From: an uncultured Acidobacteriota bacterium
GTDB lineage: Bacteria; Acidobacteriota; JAQAZP01
DNA length: 64,000 bases
Direction: 5' to 3'
NCBI GenBank assembly: GCA_963836075.1
Contig: CAWIIB010000001.1
Span: forward strand, 1,184,001 to 1,248,000
Within the stretch, counting starts at the first letter, position 1. Every line of letters starts with the position of its first letter. Shown one piece after another: positions 37,563-48,858 of this stretch. A program made the position numbers and the translations under genes. The notes under the pieces are model-generated. The model was not told the origin of the DNA, did no database searches, and worked only from the letters and a program-made list of their open reading frames with translations.

Positions 37563-38627
37563 TCAGTCGACGTAGGCCAGGCCGAAGGGGTTCAACCCCA
37601 CGGTCACTTCGCCGAGATAAACGGGCACCGGGTCGCCGCTGCTGGTGCGATACACGGTGACCTTGTCGCTCTCGCCACCGGAGTGGGTCACGAAGAGCTT
37701 CCGCCCGTTGGGGGTGAGCGCGATGTTGTGAGGCACGCCATACGGTGTATCCACAGGGTCACCGACGGCCATGTTGGTGCGGGTGTCGATGGTCCACAAC
37801 GCGTCCACTCCGCCGCCGGGCAGGTTGGTGGCGTAGAAGAAGCGTCCGCTGCGCGCCATCCCGGCACCGTGGGCGCCGGGGACGGTGAGTTCCATTACCG
37901 GTTCCATGGTGAACCGGTTGAGGATGTGCACCATGCCGCTGCCCTGGGCCGGGACGTAGAGGTAGGGGTTGCGGGGGGTGAGCGACAGGTGCGGGTCGTC
38001 ACCGACGGCCGCCCGGGCCAGTTCCTCGTAGGTGCGGGCGTCGAACTGCACCACGTAGTCCATGTCACCGTCCACGCCGATCACCGAAACGAAGGCATAA
38101 AATCCCCGGGGGGCAACCACCACGTCGTGGGGCTTGCCGCCCATGGCGACCAGGTCCGCCGGGGTGGGCACCACGGCCACGGTTTCCAGGGTCCGCATGT
38201 TGACCACCGCGGTGGTGTTGTCCACGTCGCAGTTGACCCACAGTTTGCCGGTGTGGTTGCTGCCCCACATGTGGAAAACACCCTCGCCCACACTGGCCGT
38301 GCCCACCACGTCGAAAGTCCGCGAATCGAAGGCCACCACGCGGTCGTTGGCCCGATCACCGACGAACACCCGCCGAAGGTTCGGTGCGGCAAAGACATAC
38401 ATCGGTTCCGGCGGGTTGTCGCCTGCCGGGAGATCGTAGGTGCCGAGGAGCTGGTCGGTCCTCGTGGAAATGACGGAAATGGTGCCGGACGCACGGTCAG
38501 CGATCACAATTTTGCCTGCGCCGTGGTGCGGACCGGATGCCTGCAGCGGAGCCGACAGGCCCAAAACGGCGACCAGCGCGGCCACCAGAATACAACTGAA
38601 CCAGAAACCCTGTGTCTTCGTTCTCAT
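37563..38627 (-). CDS. Secreted YVTN/YncE-like beta-propeller, His-rich
   Basis: Signal peptide ...SAPLQA; about 7 blades with the pattern VG..PH.(V/I)..TP.GR..(F/Y)V. Confidence 0.85.
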   Translation of the reverse strand: MRTKTQGFWFSCILVAALVAVLGLSAPLQASGPHHGAGKIVIADRASGTISVISTRTDQLLGTYDLPAGDNPPEPMYVFAAPNLRRVFVGDRANDRVVAFDSRTFDVVGTASVGEGVFHMWGSNHTGKLWVNCDVDNTTAVVNMRTLETVAVVPTPADLVAMGGKPHDVVVAPRGFYAFVSVIGVDGDMDYVVQFDARTYEELARAAVGDDPHLSLTPRNPYLYVPAQGSGMVHILNRFTMEPVMELTVPGAHGAGMARSGRFFYATNLPGGGVDALWTIDTRTNMAVGDPVDTPYGVPHNIALTPNGRKLFVTHSGGESDKVTVYRTSSGDPVPVYLGEVTVGLNPFGLAYVD

Positions 38628-39054
38628 GTACTACCTTTCTTTTGCTGACGGGCGACGGCCCGGGGGGCGGTTTTCCGCCGGTGCCCCTGCCGGCGCCCTG
38701 ATGGTCGAGAGAGAAACCGTTTCCCGGTTACCCGGGAGGGACCCGTAAACGGTCTGGAATCTGCCGCCTGCCGACGGTCCGACGGCGGCCTGTGCAATGT
38801 GAAAAGGGCGGATACTGCGAACTGCCCACCCTGAAACATAGTACGGTCCGGAATCGGAAAGTGTGACAAGAAATATTTTGAGAGTGTCTGACCACCATCT
38901 GAAATTGATCGGCACTCCCGGCCGTGGTAACCTTTCGTCTCGGTTTCATATCTTGATTTTCGAAGATCAAACTCAATCCCGGACCGCACCAATCCGGAAC
39001 GGACCGGTGGATTCATCATCGCCCCTCCGGGGCAGAGTCAGGAGACGCAAGATC

Positions 39055-42000
39055 ATGAACAGACGGGAAACTACCATATCCCGGTCGCTGGCCATTTTCG
39101 CCGCGGCCCTGGTCCTCACCCTTGCCGGTTTCGGGAGCAGTACCGGCTGCCGGAGACGACTCCGCCAAGCGTCCGCTGATGCGCTATCCCGACATCCACG
39201 GGGACACGGTGGTCTTCGTCTACGGCAACGACATCTGGAAGGCGCCGGCAACTGGCGGAACCGCGGTGCGACTGACGGTTCATGACGGGGATGAAAGCTT
39301 TCCCCGCTTCTCGCCCGACGGCTCGCTGATCGCCTTTACCGGCGAGTACGACGGTGGTGCCGACGTCTACGTGATGGACACCGACGGCGGCGAGATCACC
39401 CGGGTCACCTGGGAGCCCGGCTATGACCAGGTGGTGGGCTGGCACCCGGTGAAGAACAAGATCATCTTTACCTCCTCGCGGAACACCAACAGCCGGGTGG
39501 GCCGGCTCTATCTCATCTCGCCCGACGGCACCGGCCTCGAGGAACTGATCATGCACTGGGCCGTGGCCGGCAGTTTCTCCCCCGACGGCAAGCAGATCGC
39601 CTTCAACAAGGTCTCCCGCGAGGACCGCACCTGGAAACGCTACCAGGGCGGCCTGGCCCAGGAGGTGTATCTCTACGATTTCGCCACCGACGAGGAGCGG
39701 AACCTGACCAACTTCGAGGGCACCGACCGCACACCGATGTGGATCGGCGACACGGTCTATTTCACCTCCGACCGGGACGGTGTGCTCAACGTCTACTCCG
39801 CTGACCCGGCAACCGGAACCATCGAACAGGTCACCCGGCACACCGAATACGACGCGCGTCGCCCGAGCATGGGCGGCACGAGAATCGTCTACGAACTGGG
39901 CGGCTCCCTCTGGCTGCTGGATACGACCAGTGGCGAGACGGCACAGATCCCGGTGGAGATCCGCGCCGATGCGCCGGAGATCCGGCCGGCATTGGTCGAT
40001 GTTGCAGACCAGGTCCGCGGCATCGACATCTCACCCTCGGGCAAGCGTGCCCTGGTCACCGCCCGGGGCGAGGTCTTTTCCGTGCCCCAAAAAAACGGAC
40101 CCACCCGCAACTTGAGCAGCGACTGCGGCGCCCGGGAGAAGGACGCCGCCTGGAGCCCGGACGGCGCGAAAGTCGCCTGGATCTCCGACAGGAGCGGCGA
40201 GTACGAGATCTGGATGGCCGAAGCCGATGGCAGCGGCGAACCGGTAAAGCTGACCAGCCACGAGGACGGCTACCGCCACACGCTCCGCTGGAGCCCGGAC
40301 AGCAGCAAGATCGCCTTTGCCGACCAGACCCTGCGCTGCTTCTACCTCGACGTCGACTCGAAGATGATCACCGAGATCGACAAGGCCGACTTCGAGGACG
40401 TGGACGTCTCGATCGACCTCAAGCCGATCCACGACTTTTCCTGGAGCCCGGACAGCCGCTTCGTCGCCTACTCCAAGATGGACGAAACTCTGGTACAGAA
40501 GGTCTACATCCACGAACTGGCGTCGGGGATCAACCGCTGCGTGAGCAGCGGCCTGTTCAACGATTTCGGCCCGGTATTCTCCCGTGACGGGCAGCATCTC
40601 TTCTTCGTCTCCAACCGCCGGTTCAACCCCACCTTCTGCGACTTCGAGTGGGAGATGGTCTACAAAAAGGTGGCCGGGATCTACTGCCTGACCCTGCAGG
40701 TCGACGGCGACCCGCTGCTGCCGCCGCAGAGTGACGAGGAGCCTGCCGGCGAGGAGGAAAGCGATACCAGCGGGGACGAGGAGGGTGACGACGCCGACGT
40801 GGTCATCGACTTCGACGGCCTGGCCGAGCGTATCGAAGCCCTGCCCCTGCCCCGGGGTAACTACCGCAACCTGGCCTCCGGCGACGGTACGCTCTATTAT
40901 CTCGACGCCGATGAGGGCGACTTCAACCGCTTCGAGTTCCGCAACGTGCGATCCCGCGACCTCCACGCCTTCTCCTTCGAGGACCGCGAAGCGGAGACCG
41001 TGATCGAGGGCATCAGCGCCTACCGTCTCTCGGCGAACGGCAAGAGCATCGTCTACCGCAAGCGCCCGGGTGTGGGCATCATCTCCGCCTCCGACCGGAA
41101 ATCGAAAGGCGGCAGCCTCGATCTCTCCGGCCTCAAAATTAAAATCGACCCGGCTGCCGAGTGGGCCCAGATCTTCAACGAGGCCTGGCGGCTGGAGCGG
41201 GACTTCTACTACGACCCCAACACCCAGGGGATCGACTGGCCGGCAATGCGCGAAAAATACGGGCGGCTGCTGCCCTTCGCCTCCTGCCGGCAGGATCTGA
41301 CTTACATCATCGGGGAGATGATCGGCGAACTGAACACCTCCCACACCTACGTCTACTCCGGTGACAGCCGGCGTCAGGCCGAGCGGGTGAACATCGGCAT
41401 GCTGGGCGTGGACTGGGAAGTGGACGATGCAGCCAGCCGCTACCGTTTCGGCCGGATATTGGATGTGGCCGACTGGACCCTGGACGTGATTCCGCCGCTG
41501 GCCGGCCCGGGCAAGGACGTGGCCGCCGGCGACTACCTGCTGGCGGTGAACGGCACCGAGGTCACCGCCGACCGCAACGTCTACAGCTACTTCGAGGGCC
41601 TGGCCGGCCAGCAGGTGACCCTGCTGGTCAACGGTTCACCATCGGTGGACGGGGCGCGGGAACTGGTGGTGGAACCGCTGCGTTCCGAGCGGACCCTGCG
41701 TTACCGCGCCTGGGTCGAGGACAACCGGAAGAAGGTGGAGGAGGCCTCCGGCGGCAAACTGGGCTACATGCACCTGCCCGACACCTTCACCTCATCCACC
41801 CGGGAGTTCCCCAAGTATTTTTACGGCCAGACGAGAAAGCAGGGCCTGGTGATCGACGGGCGGTTCAACGCCGGCGGCCTGGACCCCGATATCTTTCTCC
41901 AGCGCTTGAACAAAAAGACCCTGGCCTACTGGACCCGAAGGTATTCCCACGACCAGAGCACTCCGTCGGTGGTCACCCGGGCCCACCTGGCCCTGCTGAC

Positions 42001-42355
42001 CAACCGGCGGGCCGGTTCGGGAGGCGACATGCTGCCGATGGAGTTCCAGATGCACAAGATGGGGCCGGTGATCGGCACCCGCACCTGGGGCGGCCTGGTG
42101 GGGGTCTCGATGTTCATCGGACTGATCGATGGTGGAGCAATCACCGCCCCCGACTACCGGATCTATGACCCCAGCGGCAAGTGGATCGTGGAGGGCGAAG
42201 GAGTGACCCCCGACATCGAGGTGGAGCTGAACTCGGCCGAGATGGCCCGCGGCGAGGACGCCCAGCTGAACACCGCCATCGACTACCTGATGAAAAAGAT
42301 CGAGGAGGAGCCGCGGCCCTGGCCCCAGCACGAACCGTTCCCCACGGACAAGTAG
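39055..42355 (+). CDS. Tricorn-like S41 protease (beta-propellers, PDZ, S41) with an apparent +1 frameshift after the signal peptide (~39122)
   Basis: RYPDIHGD, FSPDG repeats, ELNTSHTY, GYMHLPD, DGRFNAGG, AGSGGD, IGTRTWGGLVG. Signal peptide MNRRETTISRSLAIFAAALVLTL (ATG 39055, AGGAG RBS) is out of frame with the body. Confidence 0.92.
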
Positions 42356-42375
42356 GAATCAGGAACAAATGAAAC

Positions 42376-42414
42376 AAAACGGGGACTGGCAACCGAGCTG
42401 CCGGTCCCCTTTTT
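42376..42414. terminator. Bidirectional intrinsic terminator between tricorn and pilT
   Basis: AAAAC-GGGGACTGGCA...TGCCGGTCCCC-TTTTT between convergent genes. Confidence 0.8.
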
Positions 42415-42423
42415 CATGCTCGC

Positions 42424-43494
42424 TTACGACAGCATGGAGTTGCTGCACTGGTCGGCGAAGCTCGACTTGTCGATGGCCTTGAAGTAGGCCGCCTCGGGGG
42501 TGATCCGTCCCTGGTTCACCATCTCCTGCAGCGCCTGGTCCATGGTCTGCATGCCCTCGGTGGCCCCGGTCTGGATGATCGAGGTGATCTGGGAGAGCTT
42601 GTTCTCCCGGATCAGGTTGCCCACACCGGACTTGCTGAGCAGGATCTCCACCGCGGCGCAGCGGCCCTTGCCGTCGGCGGTCTTGAGCAGCTGCTGGGCC
42701 AGCACCGCTTTCAGCGAATCGCTGAGCATGTTGCGGACCTGGCCCTGCTGGCTGGCGGAAAAGGCGCTGATGATCCGGTCGATGGTCTTGACCGCCGAGT
42801 TGGTGTGCAAGGTGCCGAACACCAGAATCCCCAGCTCGGCACAGGTCAGGGCCAGGGAAATGGTCTCCAGGTCGCGCATCTCCCCCACCAGGATGATGTC
42901 CGGGTCCTCCCGTGAAGCCACGCGCAGCGCCTCGGCGAAGCTGCGGGCATGGGTCCCGATTTCCCGCTGGGTCATCAGGGACTGCTTGTTGGGATGGACA
43001 AATTCCACCGGGTCCTCGATGGTGATGATGTGCTTCTCCTGGGTGCGATTGATCTGGTCCACGATCGCCGCCAACGTGGTGGACTTTCCCGACCCGGTGG
43101 GCCCGGTGACCAGGATCAGCCCTTTGCGGACCTCGAGGATCCGCTGCACGCCAATGGGCATCCCCAGATCTTCGAGGCTCTTGATCCTGGTGGGGATCTC
43201 CCGGAACACGGCCGACAGGCCCCGCTGCTGGTAAAAGAAATTGCAGCGGAACCGGGCCAGCCCCGGCACCTCATAGGCCATGTCCAGCTCCAGTGTGTCC
43301 TTCAGCTTCTTCTGCTGTGCGGGGTTGAGGATCTCCAGAAACAGCTGTTCGTTGGAGGCGTGGGTCCGCGCCTCGTGGCCGGTGGGCACCAGGTCACCAT
43401 GCAGCCGCAGCAACGGCGGCATGGCCGGTACCACGTGAAGGTCCGAAGCTCCGGCCTTGACCATCTCCTGGAACAGTGTGTCGATCTGCGGCAT
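42424..43494 (-). CDS. pilT: Type IV pilus retraction ATPase, PilT family
   Basis: ASDLH, GPTGSGKST, TIEDPVE, REDPDIILVGEMRD, NLIRE, GMQTMDQ. Confidence 0.92.
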   Translation of the reverse strand: MPQIDTLFQEMVKAGASDLHVVPAMPPLLRLHGDLVPTGHEARTHASNEQLFLEILNPAQQKKLKDTLELDMAYEVPGLARFRCNFFYQQRGLSAVFREIPTRIKSLEDLGMPIGVQRILEVRKGLILVTGPTGSGKSTTLAAIVDQINRTQEKHIITIEDPVEFVHPNKQSLMTQREIGTHARSFAEALRVASREDPDIILVGEMRDLETISLALTCAELGILVFGTLHTNSAVKTIDRIISAFSASQQGQVRNMLSDSLKAVLAQQLLKTADGKGRCAAVEILLSKSGVGNLIRENKLSQITSIIQTGATEGMQTMDQALQEMVNQGRITPEAAYFKAIDKSSFADQCSNSMLS

Positions 43495-43502
43495 GGCGAT
43501 TC

Positions 43503-44564
43503 CTACCCCCGATTCACCGGAGTTTTCACAGCCTTGTTGGTGGTGGAATACATCGCCGCCGCCTCGGCAGTGATCACTCCGGCTTTCAGCAGGTCCAGGA
43601 TCGAATCGTCCAGCACATGCATCCCCACCCCGCGGCCGGTCTGCATGATGTTCCCCAGCTGGTAGGTTTTGCCGGTGCGGATCAGATTGGTCATCGGTAC
43701 CGTACCGATCATGATCTCGGTGGCCAGCGCCCGGCCCGTTCCATCGGCCCGGGGAATCAGCTGCTGGGTGATCACCGCCCGCAGGCTTTCGGCGAGCATG
43801 GTGCGGATCTGGTTCTGCTCCTCCGCGGGGAAGGAGTCGATCAACCGGTCCACGGTCTTGGGCCCTGAGGAGGTGGAAAGGGTGCCCAGCACCAGGTGCC
43901 CGGTCTCGCTGGCTTCGATGGCCAGCCGGATGGCTTCCAGGTCACGAAGCTCCCCCACCATGATCACGTCGGGGTCCTCGCGCAATGCCGCACGGAGCGC
44001 ATTTTCAAAGGATTGAGTATTGCGGCCCAGTTCCCGCTGATTGACGATCCCCTTCTTGATCGGGTGGACGAACTCGATGGGGTCCTCCACGGTGAGGACA
44101 TGTACTGCCCGGTTGCTGTTGATCAGGTCGATCATCGCCGCCAGGGTGGTGGATTTCCCCTGGCCGGTGGCGCCGGTGACCATGATCAGTCCCTGGTGGA
44201 AATCACAGAACTGGGGCACAACCTCCGGGAGCCCCAGCTTTTCCAGGCTGGGAATCTGGAGCGGAATGATCCGGAAAGTGGCATCATAGCCATGGCGCTG
44301 CAGTACCACGCTGCAGCGGAACCGCGCCACGTCAGGTATCTGGTAGCTGAAATCGAGTTGGAGGTGCTTGCCCAGTTGAGTCCGCTGATAGGGGCTGAGC
44401 AGTTCGAGCACCAGGGCCTGAACCGCCTCGGCGGTGAGCGGCTGTGACTTCATTTTCTGCAACCGGCCAAAACGCCGGAAGATAAACGGGCTGCCCGTGG
44501 GGACATGAAGGTCTGACGCACCAGCCTTTACCGCCATCTGCAATACGCTGTCCAATCGGGCCAT
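43503..44564 (-). CDS. pilT: Type IV pilus retraction ATPase, PilT family (second paralogue)
   Basis: ASDLH, GATGQGKST, TVEDPIE, ALREDPDVIMVGELRD, ETGHLV, NLIR. Confidence 0.92.
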   Translation of the reverse strand: MARLDSVLQMAVKAGASDLHVPTGSPFIFRRFGRLQKMKSQPLTAEAVQALVLELLSPYQRTQLGKHLQLDFSYQIPDVARFRCSVVLQRHGYDATFRIIPLQIPSLEKLGLPEVVPQFCDFHQGLIMVTGATGQGKSTTLAAMIDLINSNRAVHVLTVEDPIEFVHPIKKGIVNQRELGRNTQSFENALRAALREDPDVIMVGELRDLEAIRLAIEASETGHLVLGTLSTSSGPKTVDRLIDSFPAEEQNQIRTMLAESLRAVITQQLIPRADGTGRALATEIMIGTVPMTNLIRTGKTYQLGNIMQTGRGVGMHVLDDSILDLLKAGVITAEAAAMYSTTNKAVKTPVNRG

Positions 44565-44770
44565 TTCGAGCTACACCTTTCGATGGGATGGAAATTCCCT
44601 ACCTACTCCTATCGAGAAACCATCCCTCCGGCTTGAGCGCCGGGGGTAAATAACCGCCGCCAGGCAATTGACAGCCGTCCACAAGCGGTCGACAATATCG
44701 GGAGGCGAAAGGGCCGCATCACCGCGGCCGGACCTGCAACGATTTGCAGAAGGGACGCCGAATCAACCTG

Positions 44771-47700
44771 ATGCAACAGACAGCCCATACAGGACCTGGC
44801 CCCGGCACCGGTTTCCGGCCATTGTCCGTTCTGATCGTTTTCCTCGCCTGGACGGTCCTTTTCCCGGCATGGCCGGCCCGGGCCCAGTCCTACCTGGTGC
44901 ACCAGTACGGCGTGGACACCGGCCTGCCTCACCCCACTGTCTACGGCATGACCCAGCACCGGGACGGCCGGATCTGGTTCGCCACACAAAACGGCATCGC
45001 CGCATTCGACGGGCTGGAATGGACGTCTTACATCAGCCCCAACGACCTCCCCGCCGACACGTACCGCCACATCTGCACCGACAATCGCCACCGGATCTGG
45101 GCCGCGGCTCCCATGACAAAAAGAATGCTCTCGGTATTCGATGGCCGGGCCTGGACCGCGCGGGAAGGGCCCGAGGAACTGGTCCACGACAGGTCGGTCG
45201 AGCTCACCGGGCTGGCCGTGCTGGCAAGCAACACCGGGGAAACCGTTCTCCTGGGCACGCTGGCCCACGGTCTCTGGCTGCTCAAAGACGAATCCTGGCA
45301 TCGAATCGTCTCCAGGGACGGCCTGATCGATCAGCAGATCCACTCGGTCATGGTTGGCCGGGACAGGTTTTACGTGGCTTCCGGCCGGGGTCTGGCCACG
45401 GTGAGCGCAACCGGTGAGATCAATACGGCCCTCACCGCCGCCCTGCCCCCGGAGTGCGCGACCATCCGGGCCATCCAGGTGGTCTGCCCGCCCGAAGATT
45501 CCGCCACCGGCACCCCCTCACCTGAACTCTGGGTCCTCACCGACGGGTGGATCGGCTCCATCCGGGAGAGCATGCTGCAGGTGGCCCACCGCCATGTCCT
45601 CCGCGCCTATCAGAGCGAGCACATCCAGCCGACGCTGCAGAAGGGCCCTGGACAGGCCATTTTTTACGCCACCCGTTATGACCTGTTCTATCTCGATCTG
45701 GAATCCTCCCGGGTGGAGCGGTTGGGGCGGTCCAGCGGACTGAATAACGAGGGGGCCACCGACCTCCTGCTGGACCGGGAAGGCAATATATGGATATCCG
45801 GCAGCCGCGGCGTGAGCAAGATCGCCTCCATGCGGTTCGGCACCCTGAGGTCGGTGCACGGACTTCTGGAAGACGAGGTAACCGCGGTCTGCGAACCCCG
45901 GGCCGGCACCCTGGTCTTTGGCCACAACAACGGGATCACCATCAGCGACAACGGCCTCCTGACAACAAAGGCCATCCCGGACCGCCAGCGCAACCGGTCG
46001 GTACCGCCGCGTATTCTCGATATGTATCGCGACGACGACGGCACGGTCTGGCTGGCCGGCAGCGGCGCAGGCCTGGGCCATTTGCAGGCCTCGGGAAGCT
46101 GGCGGTGGCAGGACCTCCCCGCCGGGGTCAACTCGGTCCTGCGCGATGGCGCGGGACAGCTGCTGGCCGGCACCAACAGCGGGGTGTTTGTCCTGGACGG
46201 TGATCGCTTTGTCCACACCGACTTCGTGGATCCCCACTGCAGGGTGCGGCGCCTGTTCAGCGGGAATGACGGCAGCACGTATATTGCGACCATGGCCAAC
46301 GGCCTTTTTTGCCGGCGTGCTGGCCGGACTGATCACATCCCCGGCCCGGATAAAACCGCGGTCCTGAACGTCTACAGCATCCTCGAAGACCGTGAGGGCC
46401 GCTTCTGGGTCGGAACCAGAGCCGGCCTCTACATCAAAGAGAACGGCCGCCTGGTCCGCCCGGCCAATACCCGACTGGTCTTCCCCCGCGCTGTTTTTTT
46501 CATCGTCCAGGATGAGACCGGCCTGCACTGGTTCGGCACGGACGACGGCCTCTTTTGCTGGGACGGAGAAGCTCTGCGGCACTACACCATGCGTGATGGG
46601 CTGGCCGGAAGAGAGACCAACCGGGCCGCGGCCCTGGTGGATCACTCGGGCCGGCTGTGGGTCGGCACCGACTCCGGAGTCTCCGTCTACCGCAAGGCTT
46701 TTACACGTGAACACGTGCCGCCGCTGGTCCAGCTGGATCACCTGCTGTCCGGGGATGACCGGTACGCCCTGGGGGAACCCCTTTCCCTGGACCACCAAAG
46801 CAACACTCTCGAGTTCCACTACCGGGCGGTCTCCTTTCTCGATGAACGGGGCATCCTCTACTCCTACCGGCTGGAAGGGTTCGAACAGCAGTGGCGAGAT
46901 CCCGTACCGGCCGGGCACCGTTCGGTCCGCTACACCAACCTGCCGCCGGGCCGCTACCGGTTTCTGCTCCGCGCGGCCAACGCCGAAGGTATCTGGTCCT
47001 CGCCGGTGGTATCCAACTGGATTGTGATCAACAAGCCGTTCTGGAATCGCTGGTGGTTCTATCTCTGCTGCGTCCTCCTGCTGGGCCTGCTCGTCTACCT
47101 GGCCAACGCGACCCTGCTCCAGTATCGCTACACCGCAAAACTGGAGAGCGAGGTGAACGCCCGGACAGTCAAACTGGCCGAATCGGAAAATCGCTACCGT
47201 CTGCTCTTCGACAACGCGGCGGTGGCCAAGCTGCTGATCCACCCGGAAGGGACACGGATCCTGGAGGCCAACGACTCGGCCTGCCGCCTCACCGGGGTGC
47301 CGCGGCGGGAGCTGGTGGGCGCCGCTGCCGGGGAGACCGGCGCGGAGTGGCTGCAGGAACTGGGCCGCCGGATCGTAGCCGTCCCGCACAATGGAGACCT
47401 GGAGTTTACCGGGTTCCAGCAACCGGGGGGGGAAAATCAGCGCGAAGTGGAGGTACACGCCTCTTTCCTGACCATCGACGGTGAACCTCGGGTATTGGCC
47501 ATGGCCCAGGACATCACCGAGAAGCGGCGTCTGGAGAGCGAGCGGCTGCGAGCCAGCAAGCTCGAGTCGCTGGGCCTGCTGGCCGGCGGCATCGCCCATG
47601 ACTTCAACAACTACCTCACCGGGATCCTGGGAAACATCTCCCTGGCCCGCCGGCTCTCCTCCAGGGGCGATGATGTCACCGACCTGCTGGAAGAGGCCGA

Positions 47701-48685
47701 AGAGTCGGTGCCCCGCGCCAGACACCTCACCAGCCTGCTGTTGACCTTTGCCAAGGGAGGCACGCCGGTGAGGAGGCCGCTGGACCTGGCCCGCGTGGCG
47801 CAGTCGGCAGCGTCATTTTCAGTCACCGGTTCGGGCATCACCTGTGTCTGCGACATCGAAGAAACGCTCTGGCCGGTGGAGGCTGACGAGGGTCAGATGG
47901 GCCAGGTGGTGAGCAACCTGGTGATCAACGCTGTCCAGGCCTCGAACAGCCGGGGCAAGATCACTCTCAGTGTGTCGAACTGCGAGCCGGATGAGGACAA
48001 CCGCCGCGTCCCTCCGGAAGGCCCCTCCGTCAAGCTGACCGTTCAGGACGAGGGTGCGGGAATCGATCCCCGCATCATGGACCAGATCTTCGACCCCTAT
48101 TTCAGCACCCGGGATTCGGGGAGCGGCCTCGGCCTGGCCACCGTCTACTCCATCGTCACCAGGCACCAGGGAACCGTGAAGATCGAATCCGTACCCGGAG
48201 CAGGGACCACGGCCATGGTTCTGATACCGGCCAGCCCCGGCGCGGTCATCGAGGAGGATGTGGAAGAAGAGGAGATGACCACACTGGAACCGATCGGAAA
48301 GGGGCGGGTTCTGGTGATGGACGACGAGCAGTCCCTGCGCCGCTACTACCACCGGGTGCTCACCTTCCTCGGCTACCAGCCAGAAACGGTCCCCGATGGC
48401 GAATCGGCCATCAACCTCTACCTCGAGGCCGCCGAATCGGGACGGCCCTTCGAACTGGTGATACTCGACCTCACCGTTCCCGGCGGCATGGGCGGCGAAG
48501 AGACGTTCCGAATTCTGCGGCAGGAGGACCCGGACGTGAGAGCCATCGTCTCCAGCGGGTACTCCAACGACCCGGTGGTGGCCAACCACCGGGAGGCCGG
48601 ATTTGTCGACCTGCTGAGAAAACCGCTCTCCACCAGCGACCTGGCCCGGGTCATGAGAAGAGTGCAGGAGCAGCAGGACTCCTGA
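44771..48685 (+). CDS. Hybrid sensor histidine kinase (periplasmic beta-propeller + Y_Y_Y, TM, PAS, HisKA, HATPase, receiver)
   Basis: DGRIWFAT..G repeats, YTNLPPGRYRF, GGIAHDFNN H-box, NLVINA, DEGAGI, GSGLGL, VMDDE...LDL...KP. Confidence 0.93.
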   Translation: MQQTAHTGPGPGTGFRPLSVLIVFLAWTVLFPAWPARAQSYLVHQYGVDTGLPHPTVYGMTQHRDGRIWFATQNGIAAFDGLEWTSYISPNDLPADTYRHICTDNRHRIWAAAPMTKRMLSVFDGRAWTAREGPEELVHDRSVELTGLAVLASNTGETVLLGTLAHGLWLLKDESWHRIVSRDGLIDQQIHSVMVGRDRFYVASGRGLATVSATGEINTALTAALPPECATIRAIQVVCPPEDSATGTPSPELWVLTDGWIGSIRESMLQVAHRHVLRAYQSEHIQPTLQKGPGQAIFYATRYDLFYLDLESSRVERLGRSSGLNNEGATDLLLDREGNIWISGSRGVSKIASMRFGTLRSVHGLLEDEVTAVCEPRAGTLVFGHNNGITISDNGLLTTKAIPDRQRNRSVPPRILDMYRDDDGTVWLAGSGAGLGHLQASGSWRWQDLPAGVNSVLRDGAGQLLAGTNSGVFVLDGDRFVHTDFVDPHCRVRRLFSGNDGSTYIATMANGLFCRRAGRTDHIPGPDKTAVLNVYSILEDREGRFWVGTRAGLYIKENGRLVRPANTRLVFPRAVFFIVQDETGLHWFGTDDGLFCWDGEALRHYTMRDGLAGRETNRAAALVDHSGRLWVGTDSGVSVYRKAFTREHVPPLVQLDHLLSGDDRYALGEPLSLDHQSNTLEFHYRAVSFLDERGILYSYRLEGFEQQWRDPVPAGHRSVRYTNLPPGRYRFLLRAANAEGIWSSPVVSNWIVINKPFWNRWWFYLCCVLLLGLLVYLANATLLQYRYTAKLESEVNARTVKLAESENRYRLLFDNAAVAKLLIHPEGTRILEANDSACRLTGVPRRELVGAAAGETGAEWLQELGRRIVAVPHNGDLEFTGFQQPGGENQREVEVHASFLTIDGEPRVLAMAQDITEKRRLESERLRASKLESLGLLAGGIAHDFNNYLTGILGNISLARRLSSRGDDVTDLLEEAEESVPRARHLTSLLLTFAKGGTPVRRPLDLARVAQSAASFSVTGSGITCVCDIEETLWPVEADEGQMGQVVSNLVINAVQASNSRGKITLSVSNCEPDEDNRRVPPEGPSVKLTVQDEGAGIDPRIMDQIFDPYFSTRDSGSGLGLATVYSIVTRHQGTVKIESVPGAGTTAMVLIPASPGAVIEEDVEEEEMTTLEPIGKGRVLVMDDEQSLRRYYHRVLTFLGYQPETVPDGESAINLYLEAAESGRPFELVILDLTVPGGMGGEETFRILRQEDPDVRAIVSSGYSNDPVVANHREAGFVDLLRKPLSTSDLARVMRRVQEQQDS

Positions 48686-48858
48686 TCACCGGCCCTCGCC
48701 ACACCCTTTTCAGCGGATGATTTCCACGGTGGGATTCGGGTGCGCTCCGTGGTATGATCGCGCCGTTTTCGCTCGGCGGCGGTGGTTTCCGCCGCCGGAA
48801 CGGATGACGATCGGGCGGGAGCCGGGTGGCGGTTCTCCCCCGGCGGAGGAAACGTGTG

